This document shows positions 1-17,243 of a stretch of 64,000 nt of DNA, in pieces (the first letter of the stretch is position 1; every line of letters begins with the position of its first letter). The position numbers and the translations under genes were made by a program. Under the pieces are notes generated by a model. That model had not been told where the DNA came from and searched no databases. It saw only the letters and a list, made by a program, of their open reading frames with translations. The stretch is from assembly GCA_965261005.1 (NCBI GenBank), contig OZ253375.1, forward strand, positions 512,001 through 576,000. The letters run 5' to 3'. Source of the stretch: Deinococcus sp. GTDB lineage: Bacteria > Deinococcota > Deinococci > Deinococcales > Deinococcaceae.

Positions 1-142
1 TTAATTCAGCCGCCGTTGATGACAACTTTCAAGGCTGCACCGTTCCTCTGAGAGAAGGCTTCGGGTTTACTACGGCTGCGTTGCCCTTTAGCGTCCATTG
101 TACAATAAATCCGCCCGGCGCGGATGACAAAAGCCACGGCAT

Positions 143-171
143 TTGACGCCCGCGCGGCACTTCTCTAACAT
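143..171 (+). promoter_or_regulatory. sigmaA-type promoter of the ileS T-box leader
   Basis: TTGACG (143-148), 17-bp spacer, TAACAT (166-171) upstream of the T-box. Confidence 0.65.
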
Positions 172-204
172 GGGCGGTACGCGGCCCGAGGGCCGCAACA
201 AACA

Positions 205-456
205 GAGGCGAACGGTTGGAGAGTAGGCGCGAAGTGCTGCGAAAGCGAGCCGGGGACGGTGTGAGCCTGGCCGTGGGCGCGCGCCGAAGATCACCAAGCG
301 CGCCGGCCACAGAACAGAAGCGAGCGCTTCTCAGTAGAGCGGCCCGGAAGCTCCCCGGCAGCGAGCGCAGAAGAGGCCCGGCCCGCCGGGCGAAGTTGGG
401 TGGTACCGCGCGCAGCAACCCTCGCGCCCCAGCACACGCTGGGGCGCTCTTGTTTT
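205..456 (+). ncRNA. T-box riboswitch (Ile specifier)
   Basis: Stem I AGTA/GNTG-like motifs; GAAG-ATC Ile specifier at 290-292; T-box GGGTGGTACCGCG at 398-410; terminator hairpin GCGCCCCAGC/GCTGGGGCGC at 424-447 followed by a T-rich tract; directly upstream of ileS. Confidence 0.9.
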
Positions 457-483
457 GGTTTTGGTTTTGGTAAGGAGTGGGGA

Positions 484-3786
<3,303 letters not shown>

Positions 3787-3837
3787 GAATATGAATACTT
3801 TATAAACAATTTCAGAAGAATCCCTTAAGCTGTGGGC

Positions 3838-5154
3838 ATGGTGCCCGACGCCCCCACGCCCACCGACCCGCTCGTTCGCCGCACCATGACGCTGTCCATT
3901 TTGGAGGGCGTGCCCGCGATGGGCTTTATCGTCTGGACTTCGGGCAGCGTGCTGACCGGCTACGCCCTGTACCTGCACGCCACGCCGCTGCAACTCGGGC
4001 TGCTGGGCGGCGTGCCGCTGGCGGCACAGGCGCTCGCGCCGCTGAGCGCCTGGCTGGCCGGCCGCACCGGCGCACGGCGGGGCCTCGCGCTGGGGGCCGG
4101 CCTCATCGGGCGCTCGCTGTGGCTGCTGGCGCCGCTCGTTCTGTGGCTGCCGCCCGAGTGGCGCTTGTGGAGTTTGTTGGGATTGATGCTGCTCGCACAC
4201 GCCTTTTTGTCCGCCAACGGGACGTTGTGGTTCTCGTGGATGGGCGACGTGGTGCCCGACAAAGAGCGCGGACGTTACTTCGGGCTGCGCGGGGGCATTC
4301 TCGGGGTGGCCGGGCTGCTGGCGACCTTGGGCGGCGCCTTGGCGCTCGACCGGCTGCCGGCGCCCTTCAAGTTTCAAGTGCTGCTGTGGCTGGGAGTCGC
4401 CTGCGGCCTGATAGCGCTGGCGCTGCTGGCCCTGCACTGGGAGCCGCCGCAGCGCCCCGAGCGACTGAAGCTGGCCCAGACCCTGACCGCCCCGCTGGCC
4501 GACCGGAACTTCCGGCGCTTCATCGTCATGCAGGCGTACTGGGCACTGGCTTGGAATTTGGCCGCGCCCTTTATGCTGCCGTACTTCTACGGACAGCTCC
4601 ACCTCAAGTTCACGCAGGGGGCGGTCTACAGCGCGCTGGTCGCGCTGCTGGGCCTACTGCTGATGCCACAGTGGGGCCGCGTCGCGGACCGGGTGGGGCA
4701 CAAGCCGGTCTTCACCCTCGCGGCGGTGGGCGCGGGCACGGCGCTGCCCCTCATGTGGCTGCTGGCGACGCCCGGCCACGCCTGGGTGGTGTGGCTCTCG
4801 GCCGTTTTCGACGCGACCGCGACGGGGGCGGGCGGGGCGGCCTTGGCGAACTTGGCGCTCAGCGGGGCGCCGCGCGAGCGCCGCTCGGCCTACATCGCCG
4901 TGCTGGGCGTGGTCACCGGCCTGAGCGGCTTTGTGGCGAGCGTGCTGGGCGGCCAGATCGTGGGGTGGGTGAGCGGGCTGCACCTGCACCTGGGCGGGCT
5001 ACAGGTGACGGGCTATCACGCCGTCTTTTTGCTCGCCGCCTTGGCGCGCACCCAGGTGTGGCGCCTCACGGCCTCCTTCGAGGAGGTCGGCGCGTGGCGG
5101 GCGCGCGACCTGCTGAACGTGCGCTCGCTGCGGGCGCGCTTGGCCCGGCCCTGA
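3838..5154 (+). CDS. MFS transporter
   Basis: About 12 hydrophobic segments, WGRVADRVGHK MFS loop motif; start placed at the ATG 6 nt after TAAGCT. Confidence 0.85.
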   Translation: MVPDAPTPTDPLVRRTMTLSILEGVPAMGFIVWTSGSVLTGYALYLHATPLQLGLLGGVPLAAQALAPLSAWLAGRTGARRGLALGAGLIGRSLWLLAPLVLWLPPEWRLWSLLGLMLLAHAFLSANGTLWFSWMGDVVPDKERGRYFGLRGGILGVAGLLATLGGALALDRLPAPFKFQVLLWLGVACGLIALALLALHWEPPQRPERLKLAQTLTAPLADRNFRRFIVMQAYWALAWNLAAPFMLPYFYGQLHLKFTQGAVYSALVALLGLLLMPQWGRVADRVGHKPVFTLAAVGAGTALPLMWLLATPGHAWVVWLSAVFDATATGAGGAALANLALSGAPRERRSAYIAVLGVVTGLSGFVASVLGGQIVGWVSGLHLHLGGLQVTGYHAVFLLAALARTQVWRLTASFEEVGAWRARDLLNVRSLRARLARP

Positions 5155-5263
5155 GAAAGACGCGAAAGAGGTAGCGCAGCTGCACGGCGCGGTAGGTGGG
5201 ACCGGCAAACGAACGTGGGCGCAGGCCCGCCAAAGCCTGCGCCAATTCGGCGGGGGGCAGCAT
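5155..5263 (-). pseudogene. truncated RES-domain toxin (N-terminal fragment)
   Basis: ATG overlaps the antitoxin stop (TGATG); MLPPAELAQALAGLRPRSFAGPTYRAVQLRYL resembles RES toxin N-termini; the frame then runs into the antisense of the MFS 3' end. Confidence 0.6.
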
Positions 5264-5619
5264 CAGCCCGGAATGCCCTCGATGACGCTGTAGATCAGGC
5301 CCAGCACCTCTTCGGTGCGGCCCTCACGCATGGCCTCGACGGGCGAGCGGCCGAACAGGCCCTGGTTGGGGCGTTTGAGCCACATGCGCGTCCCCTCCAA
5401 GCTGCCCACCTGCTCGCGCACCAGAGCGATCACCTCCTCGACCTGCGCGAGGTCGCCTTGGTAGCGCTTGCCGTCCGGATACTTGCGCAGGTTGCTGGGG
5501 TCGCGGCCGATCATCTGGGCCACCTGTGCCGTACTTACGCCCAACAGATCGGCGAGCCTGACAGCGTCGAGTTCGCCGCGCTCGGTACGCGCTTCTTTGA
5601 CCACGGGTTGGGTCAACAT
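5263..5619 (-). CDS. Xre/MbcA/ParS-family antitoxin (HTH plus DUF2384-like C-terminus)
   Basis: N-terminal HTH (LADLLGVSTAQVAQMIG) and WLKRPNQGLFGRSPVEAM C-terminal motif; AGGAGG RBS. Confidence 0.85.
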   Translation of the reverse strand: MLTQPVVKEARTERGELDAVRLADLLGVSTAQVAQMIGRDPSNLRKYPDGKRYQGDLAQVEEVIALVREQVGSLEGTRMWLKRPNQGLFGRSPVEAMREGRTEEVLGLIYSVIEGIPG

Positions 5620-5659
5620 AACGTCCTCCTACCGAAAGTCTACCAGGAAACTACTCGAC

Positions 5660-6295
5660 TTATGGAGTTAAACTGGTAGTTTCAAACCAGCCGTGCGCTC
5701 CCCGCAGCCAGGGATGCACCGCAAACAGCTCGGCGCGCCCCATCCACAAATCGGCGACGACCAGGCGCGCGCCCGCCTCCAGCGACACGTCCAGCGCCGC
5801 CAGCAAGCGCCCCTTGTACGGCGGCTCGCCGGGGCGGTCCCACTCCAGCTTGTCGGCCACGAACAGCAGCTCGTCGAGGGGCGTGGGCCGGTCGCGCAGG
5901 GTGGTGTGGCAGCGGATGGCGTCCAGAATACCTTCGTCCTCCACGCCGAAGACTTCCTTCGCGATCACGGCGCTCAGCTTCTGGTGCAGCAGCATGGGCG
6001 CCCGCGCCTCCTCCGGCAGCACCGTGAGGCCGAGCGCCTCGCAGGCCCCAACCATCTCGGGGTAGGCGAAGACGCCCCCGATGTCGTGCAGCCAGGCGGC
6101 CGTCTCGGCCCGGACGGGGTCGAGGCCGAAGCGCCGGGCCAATTTCCCAGCCAGGGGCGCGACCCGGTGCAGGTGTTCGCGGGTGATTTCGCGGCCGTGC
6201 AACGCTTCCAGGGCGTCCACGTCACGGGCCAGGTCGCCCGTGCGCGTCCAGCCGGTCAGCTTGGCGGCGACGATGGGGGGAACGGACTGAATCAC
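5660..6295 (-). CDS. yqeK: HD-domain protein, YqeK-like Ap4A hydrolase
   Basis: AWLHDIG, LLHQKLS, AIRCHTT and FVADKLE motifs; start estimated at GTG 6295. Confidence 0.8.
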   Translation of the reverse strand: MIQSVPPIVAAKLTGWTRTGDLARDVDALEALHGREITREHLHRVAPLAGKLARRFGLDPVRAETAAWLHDIGGVFAYPEMVGACEALGLTVLPEEARAPMLLHQKLSAVIAKEVFGVEDEGILDAIRCHTTLRDRPTPLDELLFVADKLEWDRPGEPPYKGRLLAALDVSLEAGARLVVADLWMGRAELFAVHPWLRGAHGWFETTSLTP

Positions 6296-6354
6296 GCCCC
6301 AGAATAGCCGCCTCGCCAGCCTCAAAAATATATTAAGAAGGTGGTGGAGGTCAC

Positions 6355-6864
6355 ATGAAGCGAATCCTGACGCTGGCCCTGGCCGGCATCCTGACGGCGT
6401 GCGGCGCGCATGACCCGCAACCGGGAACGCCGGACGACGCCCTTCCGTATCCGGGCGAACCGGGCACCGCGCCGCCCCCGTCATCCCCAGGTGGGCCGGA
6501 CATCGACATCAACGGCGCCTTTTTAGGGCGCGTGGCCGATCAGGGCCGGTCAGCTTTGCTCGACGTGACGGTTCAAGAAAAGGGCGACCGCGTGAACGCC
6601 ACCGTATACGTGCAGGACACCAAGGAAACCTTGCGGCTCAGCGGCACGCGCTCGCTCTCCAAAACGTCGCCGGTCACGGTGGACATCTCCAAGCGGACCA
6701 CCGACCCAGCCAGCTCCTGCCAAGGCAACTTCTCCGAGGAGTATCTCGTTCAGGCCATCTTCTACGACGCGGACCATGCCAACGGCTTCGTCAGGCGCGT
6801 GGGGTGCCTGGATGGCAAGGCGCAGGTCGTGGATGGCGGCAACCTGGAACTCGTCAGGAAGTGA
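6355..6864 (+). CDS. hypothetical lipoprotein
   Basis: GGAGG RBS, signal peptide with lipobox LTAC, Pro-rich linker, beta-rich domain. Confidence 0.75.
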   Translation: MKRILTLALAGILTACGAHDPQPGTPDDALPYPGEPGTAPPPSSPGGPDIDINGAFLGRVADQGRSALLDVTVQEKGDRVNATVYVQDTKETLRLSGTRSLSKTSPVTVDISKRTTDPASSCQGNFSEEYLVQAIFYDADHANGFVRRVGCLDGKAQVVDGGNLELVRK

Positions 6865-6945
6865 AACCGGCTGCGCTACTGGGTGGGCGGCGCAGAGCGT
6901 GAACGTCATTCTTGAAAGTGGACCTTTCTTGCGTAGACTACCCCA

Positions 6946-7377
6946 ATGAAGGCCGCGCCCAGACACCTCTTTTCGCACGTCATCACGGTAGGACCGGAGG
7001 CGATTGACGACCTCGGGCACGTCAACAACGCCGAGTACCTGCGCTTCTTCGAGGCCTGCGCCCGCGCCCACGCGAACAGCGTCAGGGCCGACATGGACTT
7101 TATGCGCGCCCACGGCGTGGTGCCGGTCGCGCGCCAGCACGTCATCAAGTACCACAAGCCCGCCAAGCTGGGCGAGCAGCTTATCATCAGCACCGAGATC
7201 ACCCAGGCCCAGGGCGTGCGCGCGAGGCGCCACAACGAGGCCCGCCGCCTGGAAGGGAACGAGCTGCTGGCCGAGATGGACACCGACTGGGTCTGGGTGG
7301 ACCCGGCGCGCGGCCGGCCGAAGGCGCTGCCCGCCGCGTTGTTGGGGGCGTTCGGCTGGCCGCCGGAGGAGGGTTAA
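6946..7377 (+). CDS. acyl-CoA thioesterase (4HBT/YbgC hotdog fold)
   Basis: IDDLGHVNNAEYLRFFE motif. Confidence 0.9.
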   Translation: MKAAPRHLFSHVITVGPEAIDDLGHVNNAEYLRFFEACARAHANSVRADMDFMRAHGVVPVARQHVIKYHKPAKLGEQLIISTEITQAQGVRARRHNEARRLEGNELLAEMDTDWVWVDPARGRPKALPAALLGAFGWPPEEG

Positions 7378-7384
7378 GCGGCCG

Positions 7385-8571
7385 TCACGTCACCGCCCCG
7401 GCCACGTCCGCAAACTTCCGGTATTCCCCCGTGTCCAGCAGTTCCCGCAGCACCCACACCATTTCGTCCAGCTCGGTTTCAGTGTTGTACAGGGCGACCG
7501 GCGCTAAGCGCAGGATGTCCGGCTCCCGGTAGTCGGGAACAATGCCGCGTGAGCGCAGGGCCAGGCTGAGGGGACGCGCCTGCGGGTGGGCCAGGGCGAC
7601 GTGGCCGCCGCGCCGCGCCGCTTCCCGGGGGGTGACCACCTCGAACTCGGGCAGGTGTTGATCCGCCAGCCGTATCAGATACTCGGTCAGCTCCAGCGAC
7701 CTTTCCCGCACGGCCTCGATGCCAACCTCCTTGAACACCTCCAAAGCGCCCTCCAGCGCGCCCAGCGCCAGAATGCTTGGCGTGCCGACTTGGTAGGCGC
7801 CCGCCCCGCGCGCCGCCCGGAAATCGCCCTTCATCTCGAACTGGCTCTCCTTGTCGTGGCCCCACCAGCCGGGCAGACCGGGCGCCTCGCCGAAGTGCTT
7901 CTCGTGTACGAACAGCCCGCCGGGGGCGCCGGGACCGGCGTTCACGTACTTGTAGTGACACCATACCGCGAAGTCCACTCCCCAGCCGTGAAGGTCGTGC
8001 GGCAGGCAGCCGACCGAGTGCGCCGCGTCCCAGCCAATCAGGACGTTCCGTTCGTGGGCCGCCGCCGTCAGGCCCGGCACGTCCAGCAATTGCCCGCTGC
8101 GGTACAGGACCGTCGGCAAAAGCGCCAGGGCCACGTCGGGCGTCAAGGCAGCCAGCACGTCTTCTTCATGCAGGGTGCGCCCGTTTCGGCTGGGGATCAG
8201 GCGCAGCTCGGCCCCATTCCGCTTCGCCCAGGAACGCAGCGCGTAGAGGTCGCTGGGAAAGTCGAGGCTGGTGGCGACCAAGTGGCGCTTCTCCCCCGCC
8301 GGTTGGTAAAAGGTGGCGAGCAGGGCATGTAAGTTCGCCGTAATCGAGCCGGTCGCGATCACCTCCTCCGGCTTGGCGCCGACCAAGCGCGCCAGGGCCG
8401 GCGACAGCGACTCCGCGAGGCCGAACCAGCTGTCCCAGCCAGAGACGCCCTGAGCGGCCCATTCCCGCGTCCTCTGCGCCAACCGCTCCCCCGCCGCGTG
8501 CGGCATCAGGCCAGCGAGTTGCCGTCGAGGTAAATCTGGCCCTCCGGATAAGCAAAGGCATCGCGTTTCAT
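7385..8571 (-). pseudogene. kynU: kynureninase with a 1-nt frameshift near the N-terminus
   Basis: ATG at 8571 overlaps the kynB stop; reads MKRDAFAYPEGQIYLDGNSL then shifts frame at about 8511; the rest has FPSD, WDAAHSVG, WCHYKYVNAGPG and GWWGH motifs. Confidence 0.85.
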
Positions 8572-9182
8572 TCGGCGTCCAGCAGGATGGCCCGCGCCGG
8601 GGCGCCGTCCGCGCCCGAGAGCGGCAGCGGCAGGCAGACCAGTTGGTAGTCGCCGGCCGGCACGCCCGCCAGGTTGAGGCCCTCCAGAATGTACAGGCCG
8701 CTCGCGGCGAAGGCGCGGTGGGCGTCCAGGGTCTTGCTCGTGAGAGGGTCCACGCTGGGCGCGTCGGTGCCGACCAGCTTGACGCCCCGCTCGGCCAGCG
8801 CGCGCACCAGCTCGGGCGAGAGGGCGCTGAAGTCCCTTGGAAAGCTGGCCCAGGCGGCGGGCTGGCCGGTGGAGAGCAGCACCCGCTCCGGCAAATTGTC
8901 AACCCCGTCCAGAATGCTGGCCGGAACGACCTCGTGCCCGGTCGCGTGGATCACCCGGCACGGCCCGACGTAGACTTCGAGCGGCACCTGATCCAGGGTT
9001 TGCCCGGTGTTGTTGTAGTGAAACGGCGCGTCCACATGGGTGCCGGTGTGGGTACTGCACGAAAGCAACGCGGTGTTCACGCTGTCGCCGCCGTCAATGC
9101 GCAGACGGGGCGCGAGCGTGAACGGGTCGTCGCCCGGCCAGTTGGGATGGCCGGGCGTCAGGGAGCGGCTGATGTCGCGCAT
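8568..9182 (-). CDS. kynB: kynurenine formamidase / cyclase family
   Basis: HTGTHVDAPFH, GTDAPSVD and GADGAPARA motifs; adjacent to kynU. Confidence 0.9.
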   Translation of the reverse strand: MRDISRSLTPGHPNWPGDDPFTLAPRLRIDGGDSVNTALLSCSTHTGTHVDAPFHYNNTGQTLDQVPLEVYVGPCRVIHATGHEVVPASILDGVDNLPERVLLSTGQPAAWASFPRDFSALSPELVRALAERGVKLVGTDAPSVDPLTSKTLDAHRAFAASGLYILEGLNLAGVPAGDYQLVCLPLPLSGADGAPARAILLDAE

Positions 9183-9197
9183 GCGGGCAGTCTAAAC

Positions 9198-9221
9198 AAA
9201 AAAGCCGCCAGCGCTGGCGGC
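9198..9221 (-). terminator. intrinsic terminator downstream of gyrB
   Basis: GCCGCCAG/CTGGCGGC stem followed by T6 on the minus strand. Confidence 0.75.
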
Positions 9222-9244
9222 CTCGATGAATCGGTTGTCCTTCA

Positions 9245-9282
9245 CCCCTCTCCCCTTGCGGGGGAGGGACCGGGGGTGGGGG
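9245..9282 (-). repeat. REP-like palindrome, copy 1 (CCCTCCCCCGCAAGGGGAGAGGGG type)
   Basis: Immediately after the gyrB stop; near-identical copy at 44040-44077. Confidence 0.7.
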
Positions 9283-9285
9283 TTC

Positions 9286-11355
<2,070 letters not shown>

Positions 11356-11357
11356 TC

Positions 11358-11387
11358 AGTATATCAGGAATAATCGAAATTCGTCAA
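11358..11387 (-). promoter_or_regulatory. gyrB promoter
   Basis: TTGACG, 18-bp spacer, TATACT on the minus strand. Confidence 0.7.
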
Positions 11388-11392
11388 AATAA

Positions 11393-11409
11393 TTCTGCTG
11401 TCAGCAGAT
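11393..11409. promoter_or_regulatory. RDRM (radiation/desiccation response motif, DdrO operator)
   Basis: 17-bp imperfect palindrome TTCTGCTGTCAGCAGAT matching the Deinococcus RDRM consensus except the last base; 5 bp upstream of the gyrB -35. Confidence 0.75.
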
Positions 11410-11647
11410 CACATGGGAATACTTTGGGTGAGGCCCAATCGAAAGTAGACCTGGTACATTTCAAAAAAGCTTCAGGCGGCGTTGCGGGACTTCGCCGCTT
11501 TCAGCATGTTGCACGGCACCTGGTACGGATAGTACAGTCACAGCGAGGCGGGCCATGACGCCCTGCCCTTTTACCGTCTCTGCCTCCCCGCATCAACCTC
11601 TATACAAAGGGGATTCTGATGGTCGCGCCAACAACGATAGCCGCGTT

Positions 11648-12178
11648 ATGATTCTCACGCTCGATACTTCTACGTCATTTCTGGTTCTCGGAATCGTCGG
11701 AAGCAGTTTTTACGTAGAGTACAGCCTCGAAGTCGGCAAAGCTCATGCCGAAGCGCTCGGACCAGCTGTGGTTGAACTTCTCAGACACGGCGAGCAGCCC
11801 ACGCTTATTGCGGTGGGCACTGGACCGGGATCTTATACCGGCCTGCGAATTGGAGCGAGTTTTGCCCAAGGTTTAGGAAAGGCAATGCGTCTTCCCGTAG
11901 TAGGGGTAAATAGTTTTGAAGCGATAGCCTTGAATGCGAACGGTGTGATAGCTGTATCAAGAGATGCAGGACGTGGTCAAACTTATGGTGGAATCTATGC
12001 CATAGAGAACGATGTAATATTACAGGTGAAACTGCCATTGAAAAAATGGGGCACCGAAGAATTTCAAAAGCAAACAACTGGCATTCAGGTTATACACAAT
12101 CAATGTCCAACAGCCAAAGCGTTAGCGACCTTGGTTATCCAAGGAGCTTCCCGTTCTTTAAGTCTGCTATACATATAA
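11648..12178 (+). CDS. tsaB: tRNA threonylcarbamoyladenosine biosynthesis protein TsaB
   Basis: ILTLDTST, HAE and GTGPGSYTGLRIG motifs; unusually AT-rich coding sequence. Confidence 0.9.
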   Translation: MILTLDTSTSFLVLGIVGSSFYVEYSLEVGKAHAEALGPAVVELLRHGEQPTLIAVGTGPGSYTGLRIGASFAQGLGKAMRLPVVGVNSFEAIALNANGVIAVSRDAGRGQTYGGIYAIENDVILQVKLPLKKWGTEEFQKQTTGIQVIHNQCPTAKALATLVIQGASRSLSLLYI

Positions 12179-12208
12179 TAAAGCAGCCCTCATTCATGAA
12201 GGCTGCTT
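12177..12208. terminator. terminator hairpin between tsaB and the rRNA unit
   Basis: AAGCAGCC/GGCTGCTT stem, T-rich tail on the minus strand. Confidence 0.65.
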
Positions 12209-12219
12209 AGCATAAAGTG

Positions 12220-12295
12220 TGGAGCGGGAAAAGAGACTCGAACTCTCGACCCCAACCTTGGCAAGGTTGTGCTCTACCAACTGAGCTATTCCCGC
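12220..12295 (-). tRNA. tRNA-Gly (GCC)
   Basis: 76-nt cloverleaf GCGGGAATAGCTCAG...TCCCGCTCCA, anticodon loop CTTGCCAA, encoded CCA. Confidence 0.97.
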
Positions 12296-12304
12296 AATAG
12301 GAAA

Positions 12305-12426
12305 ACCCCCGCACCGATCTACTCTCCCAGGACCCTGCGGTCCAAGTACCATCGACGCAACTGCGTTTCACGACTGAGTTCGGAATGGGATCAGGTGGGT
12401 CCACAGTGCTGTGAGCACGGGGGTGT
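12305..12426 (-). rRNA. rrf: 5S rRNA
   Basis: CCACCTGATCCCATTCCGAACTCAG and GATGGTACT conserved blocks; ends approximate. Confidence 0.95.
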
Positions 12427-12493
12427 CTCGTTTGCTTTACTGTTGAAACACGACCAAGACAAGGGAAACGCAGCCAGCCATAATAGCATTCAA

Positions 12494-15376
<2,883 letters not shown>

Positions 15377-15444
15377 TCTTAAAAGCGCTCTCGCGCTTCC
15401 CTTGTCTCGTTTGTCATGTTCCTCGCCTCAATCGAGGCTTAGAG

Positions 15445-15473
15445 AGAATAAATGGAAGTTCGGGAAATGTCAA
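15445..15473 (-). promoter_or_regulatory. promoter of the 23S-5S-tRNA-Gly unit
   Basis: TTGACA, 17-bp spacer, TATTCT about 70 bp upstream of the 23S. Confidence 0.8.
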
Positions 15474-15583
15474 GCCCTTCGCCGCGACACCGCGACCGCG
15501 CCCCGCGCCTGTCGGGCATTGTCTTCAGGGGAGCGTTGCAGCACGTCCTATGTTCTCGCCCGGAGGTCTTTTAGACTGCCCGC

Positions 15584-16246
15584 ATGTTGCGCGCCCTGAT
15601 TTTTGATTTTGACGGCACCTTGCTCGATACCGAGACCCACGAGTTTCGTCGCTGGCAAGCGCTGTACGCCGAGCGCGGTCGCGAGTTGGCCCTTGTGGCT
15701 TGGCAGCAGGGCGTCGGGACTTGGGACGCCTTTGATCCGTGGCTGGGACTTGACGTCGCCGAGAGCGACCGCGCCGCCGTTCACACGCGCCTCCAAGCCG
15801 ATATTCTGGCTGACATTGAGGCCGACGACCTGCGTCCTGGCGTGCGCGCCCTGCTAGAGGAAGCGCGCCGCGCCAATGTGCGGCTGGCCGTCGCCTCGTC
15901 CAGCGGCCGGGAATGGATCGAGCGCTGGCTGGCGCGACATAATTTAGAAAACACCTTCGAGGTGCTGACCACCCGCGACGACGTGGAGCGCGTCAAGCCG
16001 GACCCCACGCTCTACCTGCTGGCCCTCGCGCGCCTGGGCCTGAGCGCGCACGAGGCCCTCGCTATTGAGGACTCGTTTCACGGCGCCACGGCCGCGCACG
16101 CCGCCGGTCTAGCAGTGGTCGTGGTACCCAACCAGGTCACGCTCGGCTCGCCGTTTCTGGACAGTTGGCCGCAGCTGAACGGCTTCGAGGGCGGGTTACG
16201 AACGTTGTTGGAGGCCACGGGCCTCAGCGTGGAGGACGTTTCTTAA
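15584..16246 (+). CDS. HAD-family hydrolase
   Basis: FDFDGTL, ASSS, KPDP and IEDS motifs. Confidence 0.92.
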   Translation: MLRALIFDFDGTLLDTETHEFRRWQALYAERGRELALVAWQQGVGTWDAFDPWLGLDVAESDRAAVHTRLQADILADIEADDLRPGVRALLEEARRANVRLAVASSSGREWIERWLARHNLENTFEVLTTRDDVERVKPDPTLYLLALARLGLSAHEALAIEDSFHGATAAHAAGLAVVVVPNQVTLGSPFLDSWPQLNGFEGGLRTLLEATGLSVEDVS

Positions 16247-17165
16247 AGGGATTCCAACCCGACATACGCGCCGAGGCTGGGGAATGTTCGGCCTTGCTTT
16301 CGGCGGGTTTTGCCGGACCATGCCGCCCCACCAAAGCTCTGCTCGGCGCCGCGGCCTCCGGCGCCACAACCGCGACGACGCCCAGCGCTTCCTCCAGGGC
16401 ATGCATCAGCGTGACGGCGTCAGGACGCTCGGCGGGGCTTTTGGCCAGCGCGCGTTCGATCAATTGTGCCAAGCCGCGCGGCACCTCGGACGTTCGGTTC
16501 GCCAGGGAACGTGGATAACGGCTCAGGTGGGCGGCCATCAACTCCTCGTAGGTGGCGCCCACGAAGGGCCGCTGGTGGGCCAGCATCTCGTAGGCCAGCA
16601 CACCCAAGCTGTAGACGTCGCTCGCGCTGGTGCTGCCCTCGGCGCGGTAAATTTCCGGCGCCATGTAAAACGGGCTGCCGGCCGTCTTGCCACCTTGGGC
16701 GACGAAATAAGCCGCCCCGAAGTCACCCAGCGCGGCGCGGCCGTCGTCGAGGTAGACGTTCTGGCTCTTGACGTCTTGATGCACCACGCCCTGCTGGTGC
16801 AAGTGGCTGAGGGCGCTCGCCACATCGGCCAAAATGCGCAGCGACTCCTGGGCGCTCAGCTTGCCCAACTCCAGCCAGCGGCTGAGCGTCCCCTCCGGAA
16901 AGTAGCGCATGGAGAGGTAGCTGCCCATTCCGAAGGGGACGCCCGCGAAGCCGACCACCAAGCGGTCGTGGCGCAACTGCAAGCTCAGGCGAACCTCGTT
17001 GGCGAAGCGCTCGGCACGCTCCGGGTCGGCCAGCGTCTCCGGAAAGGGCAGCTTGAGGGCGACGCGCTTGCCCCTGGCGTCCAGCGCCAAGTGAACCCAG
17101 GCGCTGTCACCCCGGCCGAGCAGCCGCTGAACGTCGAAGCCTGGCACCTGCGGCGACCCGGTCAT
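16224..17165 (-). CDS. serine/threonine protein kinase
   Basis: VALK, HQDVKSQN, DFG, YMAPE and DVYSLG motifs. Confidence 0.93.
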   Translation of the reverse strand: MTGSPQVPGFDVQRLLGRGDSAWVHLALDARGKRVALKLPFPETLADPERAERFANEVRLSLQLRHDRLVVGFAGVPFGMGSYLSMRYFPEGTLSRWLELGKLSAQESLRILADVASALSHLHQQGVVHQDVKSQNVYLDDGRAALGDFGAAYFVAQGGKTAGSPFYMAPEIYRAEGSTSASDVYSLGVLAYEMLAHQRPFVGATYEELMAAHLSRYPRSLANRTSEVPRGLAQLIERALAKSPAERPDAVTLMHALEEALGVVAVVAPEAAAPSRALVGRHGPAKPAESKAEHSPASARMSGWNPFKKRPPR

Positions 17166-17243
17166 ACGCGTCCTCTATCCGTGAGACTTTTCACTTATTT
17201 TTCACCCGTTTACCAGCATAGCGGGTCTTTTGTCACTGGAAAC

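Noticed and set aside
8505..8520. Programmed frameshifting in kynU
   Set aside because: No slippery sequence or stimulatory structure is visible; a simple 1-nt deletion explains it
7385..8902. 505-aa ORF read as an N-terminally extended kynureninase
   Set aside because: The extension is an off-frame reading of kynB caused by the frameshift; the real start is at 8571
11410..11647. Possible small RNA in the gyrB-tsaB intergenic region
   Set aside because: Only weak hairpins; adequately explained as the tsaB promoter (TTGCAC-18-TACAGT) and leader
11648..12295. Genomic island integrated at tRNA-Gly
   Set aside because: No integrase or duplicated tRNA 3' end; the AT-rich stretch is a single housekeeping gene
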